A stretch of DNA of 64,000 nt from Callorhinchus milii (taxonomy: Eukaryota), in contig NW_024704742.1 of the NCBI RefSeq assembly GCF_018977255.1, positions 29,266,001 through 29,330,000 of the forward strand. The letters run 5' to 3'. Below are positions 39,150 through 50,878 of the stretch, one piece after another. A program made the position numbers and the translations under genes. Every line of letters starts with the position of its first letter. Positions within the stretch are counted from its first letter, which is position 1. The notes under the pieces are model-generated. The model was not told the origin of the DNA, ran no database searches, and worked only from the letters and a program-made list of their open reading frames with translations.

Positions 39150-39452
39150 TAGGTGTGAAACTGTTCACTGGCCTACTTCACGTCCCCTACGCTGCCCGCC
39201 CCACTGTCAGGCCTTCAGCCTTTCTGCCCCCACTCTCTGGAACTCCATTCCAGAGTCCTTTCGCCTTGCCCTTTCCCTCTCCTCCTTCAAGGTCTGTCTC
39301 AAGACCTTCCTCTTTGACCATTCTCCTTGACTGTGGTCATCTTCCCGTCCCATCCCTCCAACTCTCAGCGCAGGTTCAAATCCCCGACTTGTCCCCTGCT
39401 TTGAGACGTCTTCCTGACATGAAAGGCGCTTTACAAATGCAATTTGTTGTTG
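39150..39452 (+). mobile_element. L2 LINE 3' end
   Basis: AFSLSAPTLWNSIP...LKTFLFD, then tail GAAAGGCGCTTTACAAATGCAATTTGTTGTT. Confidence 0.88.
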
Positions 39453-41438
39453 TTTGGTTTGGGTACTCTTAAGCACGATGTTGGGTGTCCGCAAGTATCA
39501 GACACCCAGCTTGGCAAAATAAACTACGGCAAAGCTCTGTCTGTCACTGGTGGTACAGCAGAGCTCCACTAACCAAACTCAGGTCATTTTAAGCTCTGCT
39601 CATTAAATAGGTTTTGTTGTGAAGAAGATCATCCTACAACAGACCTCAGTAACACAACATTTTAAGAGGCAGCTTAGTGGACTCGAGAGACCATTTCTAG
39701 CTTGGAGACTGAATCCATTGGCAGCCTCTGCCTTTACATAGTAGTGGTTTAAAGATCATACTCCGAACCAAATCGGTGAGGTTTCAGTCCAGATGGATTT
39801 GAAGTTTCGAGCCTAGCCTTGAGTTTCTATACTTACTTTTTGAGGCCTTTTTGTGTCAACTTGATGACAACAGCATTTTTCTGAACAAAATGTGTTTTAA
39901 GAATATTTCTGCTTTAAGGGGAATGTTGCCAGAGGTAAAGTTCAGCTGACGCAACGTTCTGGCCCTGATATTATTTTTAGCTGACCTTTGTGAGCAATCG
40001 TCCGAGGGCCTCCTCCGTAGTGCTGCTAATCAGGTTTTGATTATAAACTAACTGAATGTGGGTTCTCGTATGGCTGCATAAGGATTTTCAAGCGGCAGGA
40101 GTGTTGCTGTTTAAATGCCAGAGACCTGAAATGTTTCTTACCTTTTGCTAAGAACAGGAGGAGTTTCACTCCTCTGACTGGTCAGGGTCAGGAACTAATC
40201 CCAATGGTTTAAGGAGCTGTAACAATGCAAATCAGACATGTCTGTATTTACAGTACAATACAAAATTACATTGGTCTATATCGTGGCTTTCGCGTCGGGA
40301 GGAGATCCCAAGGCGCTGAGCCTTGGGTCACTTGGCATTAGGTCTGCTTTTAACGACTTCTGGATACCTCTAAATAGATCAGAATTACACATCAGCTGTG
40401 TGCTTTTCACGGAGGTATTCCATCTTTTACTCGTTTTTTCAGTGAATTGTTGGTGAGTTTGTGTAGTGCTGTGATTGCTATCAATGTGTGTGTGTATTGC
40501 TCTGGCTTCCGATTTAAAGCACGGGCTTGAAGTGGAGGAACTCACATCTTTTCCGCAGATATGTAAATGCTGCTTGTGTAACTGTCCTGTGCAGAGTGCT
40601 CCAGTTAATTTGACTCCCCACACGTTCTGAGCTGCCTTCCTCCCAAGTCTTGCCATGTAGGCTTCATCTGATACTGTGCTGAATGACAGGATCTCTTTAA
40701 ATCATTCTAACCTCTTGTAGTCGGTAAGGTTACGTAGGGCAATAAGTTCAAGTTAATCATGTGATGCACATTCAATTCATTCACAACAAGGAGATTAATG
40801 CGTGTGTGTGCGGTGCTTTCTTAGTGCCTGTCTAACTTTGTCTCAATTTCTTTTCTTTTTCTCACTTTCTCCCCCCCCCCCCCACCTCCTACTATAAACT
40901 AAATTGCAGAGAATAGCGTCTAATCTGTGAAACACAAAATACTGACCCATGAGAGCACAACACTAACTCAATCCATTTATGGTGTGGCATTCAACCAGAT
41001 TAATGTGACCTGCTTCTGGTTCCCAGAATGAGTTGCTCAATTTCCTTTATTGAGTAATTCCATTACAAATTGACTCAAGATTAGACTCCCACACACACAC
41101 ACCTCCCAGCATAGTGACATTTCCTGTATGATACGCAGAAATGCTTATTATACCGTACTCTAACTTCCTCCTTGGTCCTGGGGCCTTCATGTACAATAAT
41201 TACATTATCAATGTCTCAGAACTGTGTAACTTGGCATATGAGAATAGCCTTTTAGCAAACATCTTTCTGTGGCTACTCATTGTATGTTGGTCAATTAATA
41301 TTTTTCTAGTTCAAATTTGTTGTTAGTTTACATCGGGCTTAGTTCCTGAGGAAAATTTGGGCGGTACAAGGGAGCTATCCCTACTTTAATTCATTGATAA
41401 ATCTGAATCTGTATAATCTAATTGGTAAATTGTTGCTG

Positions 41439-41888
41439 CTGTATATGAGTAGAATACAGCATCAGAAGCTATGGTTTATTCCAACTATGAAAGGACACCA
41501 AATTCATTTGCTCTTTGTTAGAACAAATCTCACATTGAACAATCTGACATAAAAGGCTTTATATAAATGTAATGTGTTGTTGTTACTGTTGTCTAGGTGC
41601 TAAAAACTTGAGGGTGTATGATTCTACAATACCATAATAATAATAATAATCCTTGCGTTTGATATAGTGCATTATTATGTCACTGAGACGTCTCAAAGCG
41701 CTTCACAAAATATACTGCAAAAGTGAATTGACCGTATATTTTGTGGGCGAAACACAGCAGCCAACGGCGCACCATGTAGGATTGTTAAATGTGAGGTTTG
41801 TTAAACAAAGAGCAAAGCGATTTGGTGTCCTTTTACAGCTGGAATAAAGCGTAGCCAGCTTTTAATACTGTATTCTACTCACACACAG
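41439..41888. mobile_element. Palindromic element (~110-bp arms) with L2 tail and SINE inserted centrally
   Basis: 41439-41550 is the reverse complement of 41774-41888. Confidence 0.82.
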
Positions 41889-42331
41889 TGTTTTTGTCTT
41901 TACATATGGAATAAATACACCACCTTTAATCTGGTCATTTTGCTTCATACAGATATTCTCACTGTCTCTGTGGGATTTATGCTGACACCTGCTGACGCTT
42001 AGAGGTAGTGCTTGAATTTTATGTTGCCACACTTCAGACTGTGTCACGGAAAGCTGAGCTGCTGTTTGAAACGTTATGGTGGTCCTTGGAATTAGAGTGC
42101 AAGTGGATGGCTGCGCGCATTTTTGTAAGGCAGCTGCTGATCAGCAGGAGAGGACTGAACTTCTGGTCTGGTAGTTCCTGTGACATATTACTGGAATAAA
42201 TCTTATGCCCCACATGTGGGGAAATGAGTTTCGGTGTACACAGCACCAAATCTGAAATGCCTATTTGTGCAATAGACTGTTAGTATGGTACGACTCTCCA
42301 ATCAGATATGTACAGCACGCAGGAGTTTCAT

Positions 42332-42990
42332 ATAATAATAATCCTTGCATTTGATATAACTCTTTATTGGAGTCCCGTAGCTCAATGGTTAGAGCACTCG
42401 CCTCGCAGACCAGAGACCTGGGTTCAATTCCCGGCAGGGCGAAACCTTGGGCAAGTTTCCTTATTCCACACGCCTGATGATGATAATAATAATAATAATC
42501 CTTGCATTTGATATAGCACTTTTCACGTCGGGAGGACGTCCCAAAGCGCTTCACAGAACACACTGTAAAGTGAATTGACTGTATATTTGTGGGCGAACGC
42601 GGCAGCCAATTGCGCACAGCAATGTCCCACAAACAGTCGTAGATTGAAAATGACCAATTTATTATTGTTTTTGGTTTTGGAGGGATTATAATTAGATTAT
42701 TATTAGATAATCCTTCAAGAAAAAAAAACAATAATAAATTGGTCACCTCAATCCATGACTGTTTGTGGGACACTGCTGTGTGCAATTGGCTGCTGCGTTT
42801 CGCCCACAACTATGCAGTCAATTCACTTTACAGTATATTCTGTGAAGCGCTTTGAGACGTCTAGAAAACCTGAAAAGCACTATATCAAATACAAGGATTA
42901 TTATTACTACGTCTCAAAGCACTTCACAGAATAAACTGTAAAGTGAATTGATTGTATATTTTGTGGGTGAAACGCACAGTCAATATTCAC
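42332..42990. mobile_element. Triple-nested SINE cluster (minus, then plus, then minus)
   Basis: Minus tail 42332-42366 resumes at 42909; plus copy 42369-42477 resumes at ~42705-42908; inner minus copy ~42480-42700. Confidence 0.85.
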
Positions 42991-43415
42991 ATGGTCTGGC
43001 CGCAGGTATCTGTGTGGGGATTGTAGCTTTAAGTCGTGTCAGACTACAGTGCCTCAGACTCTGAAAAGTCAGTTGCACAGTTTGTAACTTGATTTAAGTT
43101 TAAACTGTGCAATGTAGTACAGTGTTTTACTGCATCAAAATCCCATTACAAAGGTACTCTTAAGCGAAGTAATGGGTTTCTATAGACACCTGGTTGACCA
43201 AAATAAAGGTTCATGAGTAATTGAAATATAGATGTGCGCAGCCCATCATCTCACCCAGATGACAAGAGAAGACTACAGTCCTGTGTTTTTGGTAAATTTT
43301 GAATGAGGGCAGTATAGTGCTCAGTATACAAGGAGAACCAGATATAGGATTCACAACAACAACTTGCATTTATATAGCGGCCTTCACATGGGGTAGCATC
43401 CCATAGATATTAATA

Positions 43416-44000
43416 TACATAGGAACATAGGAATTAGGAGCAGGAGTAGGCCATTCAGCCCCTCGAACCGCCCCCGCCGTTCAATAAGATCATGGCTAAT
43501 CTTCTAACCTAACTCCATCTGCCCACCTTATCCCCATATCCTTTAATCCCTCTATCCTTTAGAAAACTATCAATCTCAGTCTTGAATATGTTCAAGGACT
43601 GAGCATCTACAGCCTTCTGGGGTAGAGAATTCCATAAATTCACTACCCTCTGAGTGAAGAAGTGTTTCCTCAACTCAGTTCGAAAAGGCTGTCCCTTAAT
43701 CTTAAGACTGTGACCCCTGGTTATAGATTCTCCTACCGGGGAAACAGTCTCACGCTGTCTACTCTGTCAAGCCCCATAAGAATCTTATATGGTCTATAAG
43801 ATCACCCCTAATTCTTCTATATTCTAGAAAATATAGACCTAGTTTACTCAACCTATCCTCATAGGTCAACTCCCTCATCCCAGGAACTAACCTAGTGAAT
43901 CTACGCTGCACCCCCTCTAAGGCGAGTATGTCCTTTCTTAAATAAGGAGACCAAAACTGCACACAATATTCTAGGTGTGGTCTCACCAAGGCCCCTATAC
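43416..44000 (-). mobile_element. CR1 LINE 3' fragment
   Basis: [33 protein letters not shown]...LGL..LE.RR.RGDLI, plus CR1 3' UTR ending in TTCCTATG repeats. Confidence 0.95.
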
Positions 44001-44759
44001 AGTTGCAAGAGATCTAGATATTAAGCGCTCCGAAACTCTGTCCAGCGTAAGCAGCACTATATAAATGCAAGTTGTTGTAGGGTATTTAACATCCATTTCA
44101 ACCAGAATGGGTTCTTCAGGACCAGCCTTGGAACAAAGCAGCAAATCCTCATTGCTGTACTGGAAAGTCTGCCTGGGTTCTGCGCTGGATTCCAAATGTG
44201 GGTTTTGAGCCATCATGATTGCCTGACTGAGACAAACTGGCAATTTGATTGATGACGGAAACTGCCTTTGGCAACTTCAGTCATCAACGTGTTGTATTTT
44301 TGTGAGGAGCTGTGTTGTAATTCACAGCTTTGGTGCTCTATAATTTAATATGGCTCCTTTCCCGTGGAAGAGTCTTGAGGTGCTAGAGTAATGTGGTGAC
44401 ACCAAACACAAACAAAACAAGATAACAGCCAATCCATCAGTAATTACAACTTGCATGTATATAATACCCTTTGGGTAGGACAACATCTCATTGCACTTCA
44501 GGACAGTGTGGAAAGTTGAACAAGGTGGGAAATATTGGAGGTAAGAAGGAGTTGATGCAAGACAGAGGACGAGTCATACCTTTAGAAAGATTTTGAAAGC
44601 TGAAAGGGAAAAGAGAGATTTTTTGAATTTATGCAAACATCTTTGGAGAGATTTTTGCATACTGTCTGAAAGCTTGTTCAATGATAGTTGGGATGGGTGG
44701 GGCAGTAAATGTAAACGGTCCAAGTGTACAGAACAGAGGGAGTGGATGGGAGAGTTGAA

Positions 44760-45130
44760 TTACAACAACAACTTGCTTTTTTTATAGCATCCTTCATGCA
44801 GGGTAGTGTCCCGGAGTGCTTGACAGTGGCGGTGTCTGACACAGAGCCAGAGGAAGAGGGGAGATGACGGTAAGCACGATCAAAAAGGAAGGTCTTTAGA
44901 CGGGATTTGAATATGGGGAGCGAGGGGCAAGGCGGAGGGATTGAGGGAGAGAGTTCCAGAATTTCAGGGTGTAGTGGCTGAAGGCACAGCCACCTATGGT
45001 GTAGGAGACGAGGCACAAACAGGAGGCTGGAGCCAGCCGAGCGGAGGCAGCGAGTGGTGGAGTGGGGGGTAAGCAGATCTGATAGGTAGGGAGGTACGAG
45101 GGCAGGCGTGAAGGGATTTGAAAACAAGTG
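44760..45130 (-). mobile_element. L2 LINE 3' fragment
   Basis: PPYLSDLLTP...FKSRLKTFLFDRAY, with (CAA)n tail. Confidence 0.88.
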
Positions 45131-45380
45131 AAGATCTTGAAGGATCGGTTCGGTAGTTGGGATTAGAGGAGATTGTAGAGGTGGGGTGAAAAAAGGTGTG
45201 GAAGGATTTGAATGTCATTGGGGTGCTTGGAGTTGATGCCAGTGGAGCCTGGAGCAGGTAGTGGACACACAGAGCATATTATTCAAGAGGAAATGGGAGT
45301 TCTAGATGAGCTCGACAGGCAGCATTGGAAGCCAGGTTGACAGTGGACCAGTTCTCTAACGCAGTTGCCCTGTATAAAGT

Positions 45381-45515
45381 AAAACGCAAAATACTGCAGA
45401 TGCCGGAAATCTGAAACAAAAACAGAAGTCACTAGGAGCACTCAGCAGATCAGGCAGCATCTATGGAGAAAGGAAAGTGGTTCAACGTATCGGGTCCAAC
45501 ACCCTTCATAAGAAC
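45381..45515 (-). mobile_element. Penelope-like element terminal-repeat fragment with degenerate hammerhead motif
   Basis: AAATACTGCAGATGCCGGAAATCTGAAACAAAAACAGAA...CAGCAGATCAGGCAGCATCTATGGAG is a common cartilaginous-fish repeat (from recall). The minus strand reads CTTATGA-AGGGT-GTTGG-ACCC-GATAC-GTT. Confidence 0.6.
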
Positions 45516-48500
45516 AGACGAATGCCCTGTATTAAGCATTGTCTGACATGTTACTGTACAATTAAACTGCATGGAGTTAGGTATCGTTGATGCTCTTAAA
45601 AGTCCAGTTCATATATTTGGCCTGAAGTAAATAAGCAATTTAAAAAATATTGATGTCGCATTGTGTCTTGTATCCTTCCATCTTAAACTCGGATCATCTC
45701 AATTGTACTTTGACTTGGAAAGATTATATCCCAAGGACATTTCTACTATCAAAGTAACTTAATTTTGCAAATGTCAGATAAACTAAAGCCTTGCAAACGA
45801 TGATGAATAGATTCAGTTGTTTTTCTATGTTTTTTAAAAAATCTTCAAATCAGTATTTGAAGTTTCAAAATGTAATGGGGGGGGGGGAGAGGTTGTTAAT
45901 GAGTTATATTAGCCTCTGTTGCGATGCAATGTTGTTGCTTTCAACTGTCATTTTACTTAACCATCGTTTTATCTTGATTTATCATTTGGTAATGGCTGGA
46001 TGCATTATCAAGTCTCCAGTTTTCTCTGCACGTTGGACAGCGACAGCCTGTCTAGCCTGCTTTAGGAAACCACTCAACAGTTGCATTTTTATTCTGGTTC
46101 AGATTCACTGCTCGTACCATATTCCAAGTCAGGATTATCCTCATTAGGATTTCCTGACTCAATGAGCACGATAAATTCAGCAGACACTGCTGTGTACAAT
46201 TCTCTGCTTACCAGGCATTCACATTACAGTATGGGATTGCTCCTAACTCAACTCTGTACATCAAGGCAAGCTCTTCGTGAGTATTACTACAGAGCAGACC
46301 CTGACAGTATATTGCACCATAGAGTATACTTCCTCCTTAGTGACAATCATGCTGAACTGAGTGGTTGAAGCCAGACACTCAGTGAAATGGAGAATATGGT
46401 TGGAAATGTGCACTGAGCATTTTTTCCTCTCCGTAATGTGTTCCTCGGTGAAAATTGACTGTCTAAGGGGTGACTGAATTCCCCTCCCTCCATCATTTGG
46501 GAAACAGCAGCCTTTGGTTAGAGGATAACACTGACATTGTTATTGTGACAAGGAAGATGGATCTTGTGTCTTCAAAGGATTTACATTGACCTGGGTAGGT
46601 CCTTTTTGTTTCTATGCCCCTTCCCCAATCAGTTTTGTTCAAGTAAATTATTACTCCTGTCTGTTCAGCTACACACGAGATTCAACAGAGCTGCTGTTTT
46701 AAAGGTGGGGGACGAGGAGAAACCAAAGGATAGTTTTCACAGTGCGGGTAACTGGAAGTGCTCATGTTAAGCAATGCTCTTCCTCATGAGTGTGTACGTG
46801 CATTGCTTCTACAGAGTTGCTTTATGCAGTGAACCACCTCTAGATGGTGCAGCTCCACTGTCTTCGAGTGTCCTTGTGAAACCGCTAGTTTATCTGCCCT
46901 TGAAACCAAATGGTTCAGGCAAGAAGCCTTCAATCTTGCATCACTCGCCTGTGTTTTTGCTAACTTTGTGGCGAGTCCACACATCCGGTGTGTATTGCTG
47001 GCATTGTGTCTGTCTGTCTGTCTGTTTGTCTTTCACTTGCTGCCTATGTAAATACAGTAACCTCCTGAGCTTTATCTCGACAAGTTGGTCTTGTAATATA
47101 ATTACTGCATGTTACCTGAGTTCTTGTAAACTATGTCTAAGCATTTGTTGGCTGTTTTACGCCAGTTTTCCCAGAAGCTTTCAAACTTACTGAACGTGGT
47201 GTGTTTAAACTGACGTATTAACAAGTAAGTGAAGCTGACTGAGAATGAATGCCGGGGTGACTGGGTGTCTGAGCAAGTTGAGGCCTACTCCTCCTGTTGG
47301 AGTTGTACGCAGGCCAAAAGCTGAGTGCTGCGAGTGAAATCTGAGCTCATGTGAACTGCATCCACCGCATAGCATTACAGTGGAAGCAACTGCATTTGAC
47401 TCTGAATTTGACTGGGCAAGAATTTCACAATGTTTTAACACTCTGAGTCACCAGGCAAAACATCGCAATAAATTAACCATTTTTGATTAGTGATGATCAT
47501 ATTCCAAATAGAAATGAAGGTCTTGAAAGGGTCATTTTGAGGATTACAGTAATGTCAAATTTAATCACATCCACATTGTAACCATATTTAGCAAAATGCA
47601 TTGTTTATGCGGCAAATACTTATGAAGTTAATTTCCTTTTTTTATCAATGCAATACTCTGGCTTACATCTATAATAGCAAATGTAAGCAAATATTATAGT
47701 ATAATAGTAGCAAGCTCTCTGAGAAGCCGTCTGGCGTGAAGGGCGCTATATAAATGCAAGTTGTTGTAATAATCCTTGCATTTGATGTAGCGCCTTAACA
47801 TGTCATTGAGACGTCTCAAAGCACTTCACAGAATATATATTGGAAAGTGGACTGACTGTGTTTTGTGGGCCCCTTTTGTTGTGCAGCTGTGGAATGGGAA
47901 CAGATAGCAATGGTTGCTGCCTCTGGAGACTATGAAACACGCCTCCTGAGTTGGGTCTCAGACCTACACCTGCAGAAATGCTGTTGGTTGGTCTGTCCTC
48001 GTCTGGCCTCGCTGACCCAGCTGCTGCTTACGGCTGAGAATCATTCAAAGATTCAAGCCTGCAATTCATTTTGCTCTGTAGGGCATCGTCAAGCATTCCG
48101 GTTACCACAACTAGGCCAAAGGGAGAATCCTTATGCTTTTGGTATCAATTTGGATGACCTTGTCAGATCAATGGTCACTCTGAAGAAAAGGGTTCAGTGT
48201 CGAGTTATCTGGAACAGCAAGTTAGGCATATGTATAAGTACATTCATATATGTAGCCAGGATATTGACACCATGATGACTTTCGCCTCTCATCAGATCCT
48301 GAAGCTCTTTCTCTTCTGAGGTATAAAAATCATATTTCTCAGTGTCCACTTTTCATACTGTCCTACCGGTATGAAACGTATGAAAGGTAAATTATTTAGT
48401 GATCCATTTACATCAGCGTCTTTATGTTCTGTGCCTGCTTCCAGAGAGTTTTGAGGGGGTTGTGACTATTTTTTTAATTACGGTGGAACTTAATTCGAAG

Positions 48501-48741
48501 CGATTTGATTCAGGGTAACATCACTAGTTGTTAGATTGGATTGCTATTTGACCCATTCCTCTCCACTTTAGCACCTATCTTTCCGACCATACTTTTGGTC
48601 GCCTTCTTTACACCCCCCCTCCCCACAAAGTTATAGTTCCCAGATAGCTGTGTGAAGCCCTCTGAGATGTCCTCCCAAAATGAAAGGCATTCTGGAAATT
48701 ATTTACTGATTCATTTACATCAGCCAAGATGCCATTTTTTG

Positions 48742-49070
48742 GGAGTCCTGTAGCTCAGTGGTTAGAGCACTCGCCTTGCAAGCAAGACATCTGGGTTCAA
48801 TTCCAGGCAGAGGGCGAAACCTTGGGCAAGTTTCCTTACTCCACACAGAGCCTAATAATAATCCCTCCAAAAAAAACAATAATAAATTTGTCATTTTCAA
48901 TCCACGACTGTTTGTGGGACACTGCTGTGCGCAATTGGCTGTCTACTGTTTTGCTCACAAATACACGGTCAATTCACTTTACAGTCTATTCTGTGAAGCG
49001 CTTTGAGACGTCGAGAAGACGTGAAAAAGCGCTATATCAAATGCAAGGGTTATTAAGGATTATTATTATT
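48742..49070 (+). mobile_element. tRNA-Ala-headed Deu-domain SINE (short variant), full length
   Basis: A box TAGCTCAGTGG, anticodon-arm-like CTCGC-CTTGCAA-GCAAG, B box GGTTCAATTCC; GTGGGACACTGCTGTGCGCAATTGGCTG core; L2-like tail ending (ATT)n. Confidence 0.9.
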
Positions 49071-49139
49071 ATCTCTATGTCCTGTGCTTGGAATTCTTGT
49101 ACAGGGCAGTCTTGTGTTTTGGATCCGTAAAAGCGGGTT

Positions 49140-50270
49140 TTAATGCAACGTGACCAGGCGCTGTGCGGGAAGCCTACAGGCCACTTCCAGGACTAAGAGA
49201 AAAGCTGACATGCGGGTCGGTCAGTGACGGCAGGGTCCCCCTGATCATGTGCGATGCGAGAAGTGTCAGTGATGGCGACCTGATGATCTGGAAATTAGCC
49301 TTTTTTTTAGCACAGGAAACTTTGCAATCCTCGTCATTGCTATTTCCTGGTCTGTGTGTGTGCCGCAAGACAGGAAGTGATGCTGACGTAATAAGCTGGA
49401 AGTGGAGCCCACGGTGTAACTACAGTAAACCTCACATAAGTCAGATCAGTTGGGACCAAACATTTAACATGACTTATGCAAAGTATGAGTTGTGTCAAAC
49501 TTGCATTGAATATATACTCTTGAACCGGACTTGGGCAGATGTCTGACTTAGGCGATTAAATGATTTATACAGATCAGCTGTATGCGAGTTTTAGTGTATA
49601 AGTGAATTAATATTACAGTGAAGCGTGTTAAGCCCTCCCAGATACTATCCCACGTGAAGGGCCCCATATAACTGCAAGTTGTTCTTGTGTTATAGCGGGA
49701 CTTCACTGCATCGACATTTAATAAGACTTGTGTGCAACAAAATCAAATGGTCTGAACTCTCCATTCGGGAAATGACGTATGTTCTCATAGCAAAAAGTGC
49801 AAGCTCTCTCTCTTTGTCCTCGCTGTAGGACATTCAGCATTAAATCCTTCGGTTGGGTGGGGGTGGACGAGGAGGGTTCGTCCACATCTGTTTTGTAGCT
49901 CTCCTCCAGCTCGGGGTTTGCGGTCGCGCTGATATGAGAGGTTGGTGAATTCTGGCGCATTCCTGGAGTCAGGCTCGTTGTTGCAGGTTGCTAGGACAAC
50001 AGCGAGCTTCCCTCCGGGAATCCACGGGCTGTGTTAAATGCGGCCTTGCCCGTTCTGTGACGTCCCAGGATTTGTTGTCGGCTGTGCTTTCTTATCCAAG
50101 CTTTCTGCTGCTGCTTTTAAATGGATGGGTTCTGACAGCTTAGGCCGTTGTGACAAGCAGCTGTAAACTTGAATGTACCGATTGCTTTTTTTTTCGCTTC
50201 CTCTCTCTCGCTCGCCCGGCGACTGTTTGCTTGCACGGAAGCCACCGGAGATGGCTGTGTGGGGTATGTT
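49140..50270 (+). promoter_or_regulatory. Candidate intronic alternative promoter of NOCT
   Basis: Largely repeat-free, locally CpG-retaining segment. ETS GGAAGTG at 49373 and 49398, TGACGTAA 49384, CACGTG 49651, TGACGTA 49773, RFX X-box-like GTTGCTAGGACAAC 49987-50000, GTGACGTC 50057. Confidence 0.5.
50251..50263 (+). CDS. NOCT: Candidate alternative first coding mini-exon of NOCT (MAVW- joined to VCSMG)
   Basis: gagATGG strong Kozak context, then ATG GCT GTG TGG G|GTATGT, a phase-1 donor compatible with exon 2. Lies at the 3' edge of the motif-rich segment. Confidence 0.4.
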
Positions 50271-50547
50271 AATACCATCGCTCTGCTCTGAATGCTTAAA
50301 ATTCTGCTCTGCTGCTAGTACTGTCTTTAAGAGACAATTTAGCTCTTACCAGCAACCACAGTATTAGATGCTCTCTTTTAATGCCTTTGATTCTAGTTCA
50401 AGGATAAATTAATGCACTATCTTTTGATTTAACCACTCGTCTGTGGAAGAATAATAAGTAATATGATAATAATCCTTGCATTTGAGTTAGCACCTTTCCC
50501 ATCTGGCAGACATACCGAAGCGGTTCACAGGATAAACTGTAATAATC

Positions 50548-50878
50548 CTAATAATAATCCTTGCATTTGAGATAGCACCTTATCACATAGTTGAGACATC
50601 TCAAAATGCTTCGCAGATTATACTGTAAAGTGAATTGACTGTATATTTTGTGGGCGAAATGCTGCAGCCAATTGCGCACAGCAAAGTGCCACAAACAGTT
50701 GTGGATTTTGTTAAAGGATTATTATCCCGGAAAGCAATCCAGCAATTGAATAACAATCAGGTTTCTATTTATTGCTAGGTAAACAGAAGCGTGTGAAGCA
50801 ACGAAACTTGCCTAAGGTTTCACCCCGCCCGGGAATCGCACTCGGGTCCTCTTGCTTGCGAGGCGTGCGCTCTAACCG
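50548..50878 (-). mobile_element. Same SINE (long variant)
   Basis: Tail, core, extra segment and partial head on the minus strand. Confidence 0.85.

Noticed and set aside
48270..48300. Minus-strand CTGATGA-GAGGC-GAAA-GTC hammerhead-like string
   Set aside because: No credible stem II or stem III; likely chance.
48742..48815. tRNA-Ala gene (also 24015, 42369, 8637, 54575)
   Set aside because: These are SINE heads: the acceptor stem does not pair and each continues into SINE core and tail.
49651..49656. E-box as a specifically evolved clock element
   Set aside because: It lies in a degenerate L2 tail where CACGTG-like words are common. It is listed in the candidate promoter but not counted as independent evidence.
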